63,265 bases of DNA, filler included, from Chiloscyllium plagiosum (GCF_004010195.1; 3 parts of one record of this genome joined end to end with filler, not necessarily neighbours in it); one strand, 5' to 3'; positions 1 through 10,990 are shown, numbered from the whole stretch's first letter. A program made the numbers and translations. The notes: generated from the letters alone by a model not told the origin.

Positions 1-60
1 CTGTTCCCTAGATGCTGCTTGACCTGCTGCGCTTTTCCAGCAACACATTTCCATCTCTGA
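1..60 (+). repeat. PLE family-B terminal repeat (pLTR) fragment, cut by window edge
   Basis: ctgttccctagatgctgcttgacctgctgcgcttttccagcaacacatttccatct is nearly identical to 42576-42630, downstream of the family-B hammerhead. Confidence 0.8.
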
Positions 61-165
61 AGTCCATATAGATCACATCTACTGCTCTGCCCTCATCAAT
101 CCTCTTTGTTACTTCTTCAAAAATCTCAATCTGTTTGTGAGGGATGATTTCCCACGGACAAAACC
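61..165 (-). mobile_element. CR1 LINE RT fragment
   Basis: Minus frame reads FEEVTKRIDEGRAVDVIYMDF, matching the RT of the CR1 at 19390-19460. Confidence 0.85.
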
Positions 166-1725
166 AATCAACTCCACAGCCCATATAGTACTCGGAATTG
201 AACCAGCATTCCAAACCCTCATGAAGATGCTGATTTTTCACATCACAAATGCATACTGTAATAAAAAAAAGTCTTGATTCTGAAAGATATAATTTGCTTG
301 GTATAGTATGTTGCATTGCTCAGAACATTACAATGTAAGGATGTGTTGATGTAACTTCTGTTTTTTGGTGAATTGTGAAAATATCATCAATAAAAACATA
401 TGAGCTGCCAATAGATGAAATTACTAGATAGGAAAGCTACAGAAAAAAATTATTTTGTCCAGGCCCAGGATAATTTTCTAGTACATTAGTCAGAATAATG
501 GGGGAAAGTGTCCCTGGAGACTGCCAGCCACATCAAATAAACTTGGTGTAATACTTGTGGGCTATTTTTAACAAGCATTAATTTTATGTAAAAATGTACT
601 CCATACTGCTTCTATAATAGATATTGCAAAACTTTCAGTTTATGACTTTAGCTCATCTACCTAAGGCTAATGCAAGGCTTATTTTCTTTTATATGCAGAT
701 TGTAATTTGTAGTGGAGGAACGTTTTAAACAGCTTGTACAATGTAATTAAGGCAATTGCTTCCTACCATTAGTGCAGGATGAGTATGTAATCTAATTGAC
801 CAAAGAATCCCATTACTTTCAAAGATTTACATTTGTACATAAAAGAAAATAACCTGAAATGCTAAGAACTTCAATTGTTGACTTTAAAATTGAATGGTTT
901 GTTATTACGTTTTGTGTGGATTGCTTTCACTTTTCTGTCTCCCTGTCTTGAAATGTCATCGGTCAAAGTGAACCACTATGGTGGTTGGAAAGGGATGGTT
1001 TGTGGTTAAAGGATTGAAATTGGGGATGAGTGTTTAATTAAACATGAATGTGCCAGTGACTATTTCTACACGTTGATTTGCAAAGTTGAATCCTCAGAGG
1101 CAGAACATGTCATTCTAATATTTAAATTCAGTGTCCGCAATGTAGATGGAAGCACTAGCACATCATAGTGTCAGGGCAGTGCTTTCTCAAATGCTCATTG
1201 TGAGCCTCCTCCAGGAAACTTTCTGTTCATCAAGGCCTCCTCTCGCTGTTGTAATTTCAGAAATCCCTAGCCCAAGACTGGATCTTGCTTGCTTCTCTTA
1301 TGATCAATTACATTACTGATGATTTCTTCACTTCACCTAACTCATAAGTGCATCAAATCATTATATGTTGACATTAACTCAACTCAATTATTTATAAAAA
1401 TCAGCACTGCACCCTTGATATTCCATCAGCTTATATGTTTCCACCAGTTGAATTGATTCAGTGTAATATTACTCAAATAAGTTGATCCTCCCTCCTCTTA
1501 TGTGGACATAGGGTTATATCCTAATGGAAAGCAGCTAATTGTCCACTTTGGCCAGTTTCATGGAGAATATCTATCTGCGAGGCATAACAAGTTTTCTCAA
1601 ACTATCTTCCCAAACTCTCAACATTAGCTATACACCACACTGCTATGGCACCCTGCTTATATTCTCCCACTCATCTCAGTCAGAAATATTGGTCATTACT
1701 AGGCATTCACCACTTAGGGTCAGAG

Positions 1726-2193
1726 AAACATAGAGATGTACAGTCTGAAAACAGACTCTTCGGTCCAACCCATCCATGCCGAACCAGATATCCCAACCCA
1801 ATCTAGTTCCACCTGCCAGAACCCGGCCCATATCCCTCCAAACCCTTCCTATTCATATACCCATCCAGATGCCTATTAAACATTGCAATTATACTAGCCT
1901 CCCCCACTTCCTCTGGCAGCTTATTCCATACACGCACCATCCTCTGTGTGAAAAAAATTGCCCCTTAGGTCTCTTTTATATTTTTCCCCTCTCATCCTAA
2001 ACCTGTGCCCTTGAGTTCTGGACTCCCCCACCCCAGGGAAGAGACTTTGTCTATTTATCCTATCCATGCCCCTCATGATTTTATAAACTTCTATAAAGTC
2101 ACCCCTCAGCCTCCGAAGCTCCATAGAAAACAGCCCCAGCCGATTCAACCTCTCCCTATAGCTCAAATCCTCCAACCCTGGCAACATCCTTGT
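1726..2193 (-). mobile_element. CR1 (HER1-like) LINE 3' end, 5'-truncated
   Basis: ORF 1921-2187 (MLPGLEDLSYRERLNRLGLFS..RRLRGD.IEVYKIM) is the CR1 ORF2 C-terminus; the 3' UTR matches 20500-20610. Confidence 0.92.
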
Positions 2194-2249
2194 CCAAAGT
2201 TAAAAATCACGCAACACCAGGTTATGGTCCAACAGGTTTAATTGGAAGC

Positions 2250-2286
2250 ACACTAGCTTTCGGAGTGCCGCTCTTTCATCAGGTGT
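2250..2286 (-). ncRNA. Minimal type I hammerhead ribozyme motif (family A)
   Basis: Reverse complement reads ACAC-CTGATGA-AAGAG-CGGCA-CTCC-GAAA-GCTA-GTGT. Stem I is ACAC/GTGT, stem II is GAG/CTC, and stem III is the palindrome AGCT. Confidence 0.72.
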
Positions 2287-2649
2287 TAGTGGAGGACACA
2301 ATTCTAAGGCACAGAATTGATAGCAAAAATTTACAGTGTGATGTAACTGAAATTATACATTGAAAAATACCTTGATTGTTTGTTGAGTCTTTCATCTGTT
2401 CGAATACCATGATAGTTTCACTTCTTTCATGTGTAAATCACAAAACCTTTTTTAAAAGTTGGATTCTGAGGTTAGCTGTAACAATGGGCGTAAGCTAGAC
2501 AATATGTTGAAGGTGTTAGCCCCCTGTCTTCTCTGTCTATGCCATGATGATTCTAATGTAAAAAGTGAGAAAACAGAGTTTTACATGAATTCATGCAGAT
2601 TTTGAGCAAAGTACAATGTAACTCTGCAAGTACAAATTCACCCCACAAA

Positions 2650-2905
2650 ATATATGTGTGCATATGGGTCTTTGTCTGTGTGTGCGTGTCTAGGTTGTGA
2701 GTGTCTGTGTAAGAGAGTGTATATGTGTGTGCGTGAGTGTAGAGCGGTCTAAGTCTCTGAGAGGATGCCTGTGTGGGTGTGGGAGTGTGTGTTTCTGTAA
2801 GGGTGTGTGTGTGTGTCTGTGTCCATGTCTGTGTATATGTGTGTCTGTGTAAATGTGTGTGTATAGGAGTGCCTGTGTGTGTATGTGTGAGAGAGAGAGA
2901 GAGAG

Positions 2906-2937
<32 letters not shown>
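2650..2937. repeat. (TG)n/(GA)n-rich microsatellite-like tract inside PLE 3' region
   Basis: Degenerate then pure tg/ag dinucleotide runs; the homologous tract lies at 8722-8972. Confidence 0.9.
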
Positions 2938-2939
<2 letters not shown>

Positions 2940-2940
2940 G

Positions 2941-4244
2941 TTGTTAACATCACTGTGTAGTTTTATCAGTGACTCCTCGCCATGGGTCCAGAGGAAGAAA
3001 ATGTCGTCAATGTACCTGGTGTATAATGTTGGTTGGAGATCCTGCATAGAGAAGAAGTCTTGTTCGAACCTGTGCATAAAAATATTGGCATATTGGGCTG
3101 CAAATTTGGTCCCCATGGCTGTTCCATGTGTCTGGATGAAGAATTGGTTGTCAAAGGTGAAGACGTTATGATCGAGGATAAAGCGGATGAGTTGTAGGAT
3201 GGTGTTTGGAGATTGGCAGTTGTTGGTGTTGAGTACTGAGGCTGTTGCCGCAATGCCGTCATTGTGGGGGACGCTGGTGTAGTAGTGCGGAAACGTCCAT
3301 TGTGACGAGGAATGTTCCCAGTTCGACTGATCCGTGGGTGCTGAGTTTCTGTAAGAAATCCGTAGTGTCACGACAAAAGCTGGGGATCCCCTGTACAATA
3401 GGTTTCAAGATGCCTTCGACATAGCCGGAGAGATTCTCACATAGCGTCCCATTGCCCGATACGATGGGACGTCCTGGTGTATTGGCTTTGTGTACCTTTG
3501 GAAGTAGAAGTCACCTACACGAGAAGTACATGGGATGAGGGCGCATAGGGAACTCTGAAGGACTGGATCCAAAGTCCTGATCAATGTGTTTAATTCACGG
3601 GTGTGTTCTTTGGTCGGATCAGCTGGTAGTTGCCATAGTGTTCCTGGTTGTTCAGTTGTCGGTACACTTCCTTGCAGTAATCAGTTCTGTTCTGAATGAC
3701 GATGGCTCCTCCTTTATCTGCTGGTTTGATGACAATGTTGTGATTGGTTTTGAGAGCCTGGATGGCGTTGCGTTGTGAACGGGTAATGTTCTGCTCTACC
3801 TTGTGGGGACGGCTGATGAATCTGGCATTTATCTTTCCTGACAGTTTGAGCATTCATGTCAAGCCCAGGGCAGAGGCCCTCTGGTGGGGTCCAAGTTGAC
3901 ACCTTCTTTGGTCGCTCCTCTACAGATGCCTGTGATGACTGTTCCAGTTCATCAGTGGGCTCATTGGGATCACTGCTGGCACCCTGAAAGAATTCCCGGA
4001 GTCTCATTCATCTGATAAATTCCTCCGTGTCTGCTGCAAGAACCAATGGGTCCATTTTGGTGGTGGGGCAGAAGTTGAGACCCCTGCTCAGGACTTCAAT
4101 CTCTTCCAGTCGAAGGGTGTGGTCTGATAAGTTGATAATAGACTTCCCTGCAGTGATAATGTTGTCTACTGTGGTGCCAGGGTGGGCTTTGCTATTACTG
4201 GTGAGAATGCCAAGTTTCTCCAGTTTTTTGTTCTTGGTTTGCAT
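2941..4244 (-). pseudogene. Frameshifted PLE reverse transcriptase ORF
   Basis: ORFs 4008-4244, 3714-4007, 3590-3853 and 2553-3398 carry successive PLE motifs; the reading jumps into the CA tract shortly after YIDD. Confidence 0.88.
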
Positions 4245-4286
4245 GTACGTGGTGTAGTTTTGTCACCTTGTCTGTTTGGCAATGTC

Positions 4287-4360
4287 GCAGAGGCTGATAG
4301 CTAAGTTCCATACCCATAGGGAGGGCCTCAACCGGGACCTTGGGTTCATGTCACATTCAG
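4287..4360 (+). mobile_element. Inverted PLE family-A GIY-YIG C-terminal fragment at the 5' end of the 2194-4286 element
   Basis: Reads QRLIAKFHTHREGLNRDLGFMSH, matching 8635-8705 (QRLIAKFCTHEDGLNWDLGFMSHYR). Confidence 0.85.
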
Positions 4361-4615
4361 TGTCGGCTTCAGGCATGGAAGTGTGATGGGTCTGGTCCCG
4401 AAATCATTGCTTTGATGGCCTCAGGGGCAGCTTTGGTGACTACCATAGCTGCTTTAGACACCTTACAACCATGGAGGAAACAAAAGATGAACTTTGTCTT
4501 TGTCTCAATTATTTATTTTTGTAATTTCTGTCATTGAAATGGCACCAAATTGTAGTGACTTATCCACACCTCACTGTATTTTCATAAATACAAGTGACAA
4601 TAAATTGCTATTCTA
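4361..4615 (+). mobile_element. Putative non-autonomous element with Rex1-like 3' tail
   Basis: Ends ..tcactgtat..aagtgacaataaa, resembling the reverse complement of the Rex1 3' end at 10148-10190 and the element at 60286-60600. Confidence 0.5.
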
Positions 4616-5164
4616 TGTCTTTCATGTTGGGAGTTGTCGTCTAATTTCTAGCCAGTGAGTGGGAGAATGGGAAACTACATGTCAATGAAGTGAGATAGCA
4701 TAATAATGAGGATGTTAATGGATATAACCCTCTCACCACTCTCAGTGAGAATGTTATCTCAACATTCAACACTCAACACTAAGTTGAAAAGTGGGATTTT
4801 TTTAATCCTTATTGCTGATTTACTTGATTCTTCCAAATTTCTCATCAATGTCTTTGTCATTCAGTGCTACGCAAAGACCTTCAGGTATAGTTCCACTGCC
4901 ACTTTCCAGTTCTATACACAGTCAGCAATGTCTGAGCTTGGGCTGGAGTTTTAGCAGATAATTTGATTGATGCAACATAACCAAAGCTAGTTTAATTCTC
5001 TCACAGCATCTGTACTGGCGTAATTGCAGCAGGGACTGCTGAAGCTAGAAGGGGTGCAACACAGAAATAGTTTGTTCCCCACCCTCATTTGAAATGCTAG
5101 AAACATTTTTAGTTGCTTCACTGGTTCTCCAGCAATAGAAAGCTGTCCCAAAAGAGAATGATAT

Positions 5165-5478
5165 TTAAAACAAAACCAGACATTGCTAGAGAAACTCAGC
5201 AGGACTGGCAACATCTGTGGGCAGAAAGCACAGATCATGTTTTGAGTCCACTGATTCTTCACTTGAACTGATAGAAACCACAAAAAAGTCATATTTATGC
5301 TGGAGATGGTGTGGGGGTGGGGAGTGGTCAGGAGAGAGATGTTCAGATAGATGGAGATAGAGGTCTGAGAGAGATATCAAGTGTGTAGGCATTATTGATG
5401 CAGTCACATCTGCTGAGTTTTTCCAGCAATTTGTTTTGTTTCAAATCTCCAATGTCCACGGTTATTTGTTTTATTTTA
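5165..5478. repeat. Old fold-back PLE pLTR insertion (family-B-like)
   Basis: Minus copy (attgctagagaaactcagcag..) followed by plus copy (ctgctgagtttttccagcaat..). Confidence 0.65.
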
Positions 5479-5783
5479 GAAACTGATATCTTTCTGTTTA
5501 GTATGACTCAGCTATTCAGTGGACAAACTTGATGAATATTATGTTGCAATCCCTACAGATGCTGATAACTTTGGAAGAGATATTTGAATTCTGTGACCAA
5601 CTTACAAGGCACTGCATGACACTTTGAGACTATTAGTTTAACAAAGAGCCTTAAAGCAATGTTAACTAAACCTTAGAGTGTTTGTTGCTCAAGTACAGAA
5701 AGAAAAAATGTTCCTGTGCTTTAACATTACTGATAATCCCATGTTGCGTCTGTATTGATTGCAACATACTCTCCATAGATTTT

Positions 5784-5912
5784 AAAGTTAAAAATCACAC
5801 AACACCAGCTCCAAAAGCTAGTGCTTCCAAATAAACCTGTTGGACTATAACCTGGTGTTGTGTGATTTTTAACTTTGTAGACCCTAGTCCAACACCGGCA
5901 TCTCCAAATCAT
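5784..5912. repeat. Fold-back PLE family-A pLTR insertion
   Basis: 5784-5808 is the perfect 25-bp reverse complement of 5852-5876; the rest matches 9310-9412. Confidence 0.88.
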
Positions 5913-6074
5913 ATTCACAGATTACTGCCTTCACAGGTAATCGTCACTAGCCATTCCCCACCTCCAGTGTGTCTATGTCTCTGATTTACTAAGTTGTAAC
6001 ACCAATTGACTGTGGAAAGGTACATCCCTCAGTTTTTGTTGAATTTTCAAGCAGACAACTACCAGTGATTTCTG

Positions 6075-6185
6075 AGCTGAAATGTAAACTCCGTTTCTCT
6101 CCCTAGATGCTAACTGACTTGCTGAATTTTCCAGCATTTTTGTTTTTATTTCAGATTTCCTGCATCCACAGTACTTTGTTTTGTG
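6075..6185 (+). repeat. Decayed PLE pLTR fragment
   Basis: gatgctaactgacttgctgaattttccagcatttttgtttttatttcagattt, a diverged family-B-like repeat. Confidence 0.6.
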
Positions 6186-7329
6186 CCAGGACGAATATTC
6201 ACTCTTTCAGTTTCTCCTATCAGCTGTTCTAGAACAAATCCTGCAGAGACTTGAGGTTGCTACAGTATCTGTGTCTTCTTCTGTTTATCTTGAATTAAAG
6301 AGTCAGTCGAAAAATTAATCATCTTATAAAGACTTCCATTTGCCAGCAATCAGAGAAGCTAGCTATTGTTAGTTATTTAATAATGCAGAATTTGAATATT
6401 GCTGCAAAAGGACATACTTTACTGAAGCTTATACACATAAGAACAACTCAAAATAAATATCAAAACAAAACTATTTATAATGTATGACTGGCAAATGCTG
6501 ATTCGTTGGCAGGTACACTCTGGTAGAGGTTTTGATAAAGAGAAATCATCAGCCAGTAATCATTGACAGTCAATTGTCAAGTTTTAATGAAATTTTAAGT
6601 GGTGCAGGCTGTTTCAGCTCAACAAAATAGGTGACGGCTATTCTCTGGCTCATAATTTAGGCCAATGTTTTGACCAATCAGAATCTGATTTAATCCTGCC
6701 TGGTTTAAAATTTAAACAAAACATGGTAATTAATTGTTAGTCAGCATTACAGGTGACTTATCTAGGGCAACACCTCTACTAATCAGACCCTACTTGTCAT
6801 CCAAAAGCTCTCATCCACTCATACAATATCAGCATTGTTTTCTCCTTACTGTGATATTTTATGTGAATTGTCCTGATGAATGCAAGTTGAAAAACTTTAA
6901 CCAGATGTGTTTTCTTTTCAGCAACATTGCAGCTTATTTTGTTTAATTTAACATATTTGCAGAAAAATATGTGAAACAGTTAGCATGACTGTTTTGTGAT
7001 CAAACATTTGGGAATTACAAAATGTTTTGAATGCTAGAAATTGCTCAGCAGACACTATTGCAGCTGCAGTCACATAAATAAGACCTGGCAGTGACATCCA
7101 GATTTCTAAATCTGGAAACTGAGAGCTCCAGGCATGTTGATAATGAAGCTGACTTTGTACAAGGATAGTGCCTTCATTCTGAATGATCAGTGTCATGAAG
7201 TGAGAAGACACAAATCACATTGGCCCCACCAGCCACTTTGCCATGATTTTTTTTTTGTGTAGTTGTTAAGATGAAATGTCAGTCAAGTCTATTGTTGCAA
7301 AGAGAATGAACATTAAAGAATGTGTCAAC

Positions 7330-7500
7330 ATAGACCTATCTTCCCACCCTGCCAGCCTCTGCATCCAATATATCATCCCCAAACACTTCCACCAACTCCA
7401 ATTAGACCCCACCATCCAGAACATCTTCCCCTCCCCACCTCTGTCTGCCTTCTGCAAGGACCATTCCCTTCGCTAACCCTTGGTTCGCACCACACTCCCC
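7330..7500 (+). mobile_element. PLE family-B ORF fragment (post-RT region)
   Basis: HPASLCIQYIIPKHFHQLQLDPTIQNIFPSPPLSAFCKDHSLR resembles the PLE thumb/linker; similar to 11460-11610. Confidence 0.7.
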
Positions 7501-7709
7501 ACCACAGAGGTTCACCTGTCTCTCCTCCAACCTAGTTTATTATATTAAACCAAAACTTCATTTGTGAATAAAAAGTCAAGCTTTAAACAAATAAATGAAA
7601 GAAACACAACTATATACAAAGTACATTAAGAGTTTGTATTATAAATAGCATGCACAAAAACCTTTGAATTTTGACTTTACAAAGCTAAATTGACTGTCAG
7701 AAAATATAT

Positions 7710-8724
7710 AAATGCCAGATTCATCAGTCGCACCCACAAGGTAGAGCATAATATCACCCGATGACAACGCCACACCATTGATGCTCTCAAAACCAATTAC
7801 AACATTGTCATCAAACCAGGAGGAGCCATCATTATTCAGAATAGAACAGACTATTGCAAGGAAGCGTACTGACAACTAAACACCCAGGAACACTACAGGC
7901 AACTACTGGCCAATCTCGTGAATGAAATACATTGATCAGGACTTTGGATCCAGTCCTTCAGAATTCCCTATACATCCTCATCCCACGTACTTCTCACGTA
8001 GGTGACTTCTACTACCTTCCGAAGATATACAAAGCCAACACACCAGGACGTCCCATTGGATCAGGCAATGGGACCCTATGTGAGAACCTCTTTGGCTATG
8101 TCAAAGGCATCTTGAAATCCATTGTAAAGGGGACCTCCAGCTTCTGTCGCGACACAACAGATTTCTTACAGAAACTCAGCACCCACAGACCAGTAGAACC
8201 AGGAACATTCCTCGTCACAGTGAACGTTTCAGCACTCTACACCAGCATCCCCCACAATGATGGCATCGCGGCAACAGCCTCAGTACTCAACACCAACAAC
8301 TGCCAATCTCCGAGCACCGTCCCACAACTCATCAGCTTTATCCTCGATCACAACATTTTCTCATAATCAATGAGGATGAGCACCTCACCAAGACCTTCCC
8401 CACACCTCCACTTCTCGCCTTTAAACAACCACCAAACCTCAAACAGATAATTCTTCATAGCAAACTGCCCAGCTTTCAGGACAACACTCTACAACCCTGT
8501 CACGGTAGATACTGTAAGATGAGTCAGAGTGTTGACACGGATACTACCATTACGCGTGGACATTCGACCTCGGACCTTCGGATGACCATCCTCCAAGGTG
8601 GATTTCAGGACAGGCAACAACACAAAGTGCCCGAGCAGAGGCTGATAGCCAAGTTCTGTACCCATGAGGATGGCCTCAACTGGGACCTTGGGTTCATGTC
8701 ACACTACAGGTGACCCCACTGCAC

Positions 8725-8756
<32 letters not shown>

Positions 8757-9415
8757 TATCTACAGACATGCATATACACATCTACAGACACACACGTACA
8801 GACCCATGCACTCATGCAGACCCTCTCTCATACACTCACATACACTCCGACACACGCACGCTCTCAGAGACATATACCCCTTTACACTCAGACTCACACA
8901 CATACACACACTCTCTCACAGACACTCATACAGCCCCCGCGCCACACATACCCACATGCACGCACACACATATAGGTTTGTGGGGTGAATTTGTACTTGC
9001 AGACTTACATTTTATTTTGCTCAAAGACTGCATAAATCCATGTAAGATTCTGTAAATCCTTTTTTAAGATTAGAATCAGTCTGAACACTGTGGCACAGAC
9101 AGTCTCACACAGGGCGCCTCACACCCTCAGTGCATTATCTGGGCTAACATAGAACCTATTGTTGAAGTTCACTTGAGAATGTAACTTTCAAAAAGTTCTT
9201 TGATTTGTAAATGAAAGAACTGAATCCAACACGTTCATTCTAATACATTTGCTATAAATTCTGTGTCTTATGATCACATACTCTACAACCACCTGATGAA
9301 GGAGCAGCACTCTGAAAGCTAATGCTTCCAAATAAACCTGTTGGACTATAACCTGGTGTTGTGTGATTTTTAACTTTGTAGACCCCAGTCCAATCCCGGC
9401 ATCTCCAAATCACGA
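7710..9415 (+). mobile_element. Penelope-like retroelement, family A, second copy (5'-truncated, internal deletions)
   Basis: ORF 7932-8366 (FYYLPKIYKANTPGRPI..SFCRDTTDFL..VSALYTSIPH) and ORF 8519-8713 (EN C-terminus), then a CA tract and pLTR; collinear with 2194-4286. Confidence 0.92.
9290..9324 (+). ncRNA. Minimal type I hammerhead motif (family A), stem I mismatched
   Basis: CAC-CTGATGA(9293-9299)-A-GGAG-CAGCA-CTCT-GAAA(9314-9317)-GCTA-ATG. Confidence 0.62.
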
Positions 9416-10144
9416 CTAATTTTGGGTATTCATCTGGTCCTTGCATTGTCTTAATATTGACAATTAATATTCTCAAAATGTTTGATTATGGAGTTCATAA
9501 TTTTCTGATTGAATAAGCTGAAGCTAAAATTAGTAGGAACATGCTGAGCTTTTCAACAGCAAAGTGAAAGCTCACTATCACAAGACTGTTTTTTATTCTC
9601 AAACAATACCAAGTGATTTATTTCATTTTTTTCTGACCTTGTCTTATGAGCATGGCTTTTTGTATTCTTAAATGTAAAGCAAATCATTATTTGTTTCTCC
9701 TCAAAGCTTCTAAATTAAGCATAAATGTGATGCTGCTCTATGGCAGCTTTTCTGTTTAGAATACTATTTTTATTTGTGGATTCAGTTAATTTTCTATGGA
9801 GTTGCAAGTAGCCAATCAAAAAAATAAGAGAATAAGCAAGAGGAACCAATGTAGATCTTGGCAGAGACTATTTTAATTGGATTTTAGACAACCAGATCTT
9901 TGCTAAAAGCATCAAGCCACATGGTTCAAGGCTTATCGGAAAATAATTTTATCATTCAAAAATCAAAGAACATGAATGCTAACACTACACTTTCTTAAGT
10001 ATAGTCAGTTACAGTCAGTTAAATGTACAATGAATACATGCATATAATTTAAACTGAACTATTACAATTTCCTTTCAACACATCTACAAGAATTCAAATC
10101 AGATACGTATCAGAAATTGGAAAATTAATCACGACTTATTTGCT

Positions 10145-10990
10145 TTAATTTGATTTATTGTTGTCACATGTACTGAGATACAGTGAAAAGTATTTTACAT
10201 GCTTTACAGGTAGCTCGTACCATAGATTGTTTTGCTCCCTGATGCACTGAGTGTAGAATACAGTGTTACAGCCACAAAGAAGGTGCAAAGAGAGAGATCA
10301 ACATTACCATTTTAGAGGTCCATTCAAAAGTCTGAAAAGCAGCAGAGAAGAAGCTGTTCTTGAATCTGTTTGTAGGTATATTCAAGCTTTTATATCTGCC
10401 TGGCAGAAGAGGGTGGAAGAGAATATAACTGGGATGGGGTCTTTGATTATGTTGGTTCATTTCCCAAGTTAGCAGGGCATGTGGATGGAGTTAGTGGATG
10501 GGAGGCTTGTTTGTGTGATGCACTGGGCTGTGTTCATGACTCTCTGTAGTTTCTTGCAGTCTTGGGAAGAGCAATTGCCCAATCATGGTGTGAAGCATCC
10601 AGATAGGATGCTTTCTGTGGTGCACCTATAAAGATTGGTCAGACTCTTTGAATTTCCTTAGCCTCCAAAGGAAGTAGAGACATTGTTGTGCTATCTTGAC
10701 CAAGGTGTCGACGTGGGTGGACCAGGACAGTTTGTTAGAGTTGAAGAAAGTGGCACTGGAAAAGTGCAGCAGGTCAGGCAGCATCAGAGGAGCAGGAGAA
10801 TTGACATTTTGGGCATAAGCCCTTCATCAGTTTATGCCAGAAACATCGACTCTCCTGTTCCTCTGATGCTGCCTGACTTGCTGTGCTTTTCCAGCACCAC
10901 TCTTTTCAACTAACTGACCAGTAACTGTAGTCCTAACTTTCTCTCAGGACAGATTGTTGGTGATCATCACTCCCAGGACCTTGATGTAAA
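10145..10990 (-). mobile_element. Rex1/Babar non-LTR retrotransposon 3' end
   Basis: ORF 10266-10460 HPSYILFHPLLPGRYKSLNIPTNRFKNSFFSAA matches the Rex1 C-terminal HP..LF..LPSGRRY..T.R..NSFF motif; 3' tail catgtgacaacaataaatcaaa. Confidence 0.82.
10737..10944. mobile_element. Fold-back PLE family-B mini-insertion with 14-bp TSD, nested in Rex1
   Basis: Two inverted pLTR arms meet near 10830 at the hammerhead; flanks caggacagtttgtt (10723-10736) and caggacagattgtt (10945-10958). Confidence 0.85.

Larger units (their letters stand above)
2194..4286 (-). mobile_element. Penelope-like retroelement, family A (Neptune-type), internally deleted
   Basis: Minus-strand frames give LSRGLNFCPT, IVIKPADKGGAIVI, GTAMG and RYIDDIFF (PLE RT). 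These are followed by a CA-rich tract and a terminal repeat homologous to 9240-9415. Confidence 0.92.

Noticed and set aside
8664..9055. His/Thr-rich ORFs (also 2690-2953)
   Set aside because: These are translations of CA-rich microsatellite.
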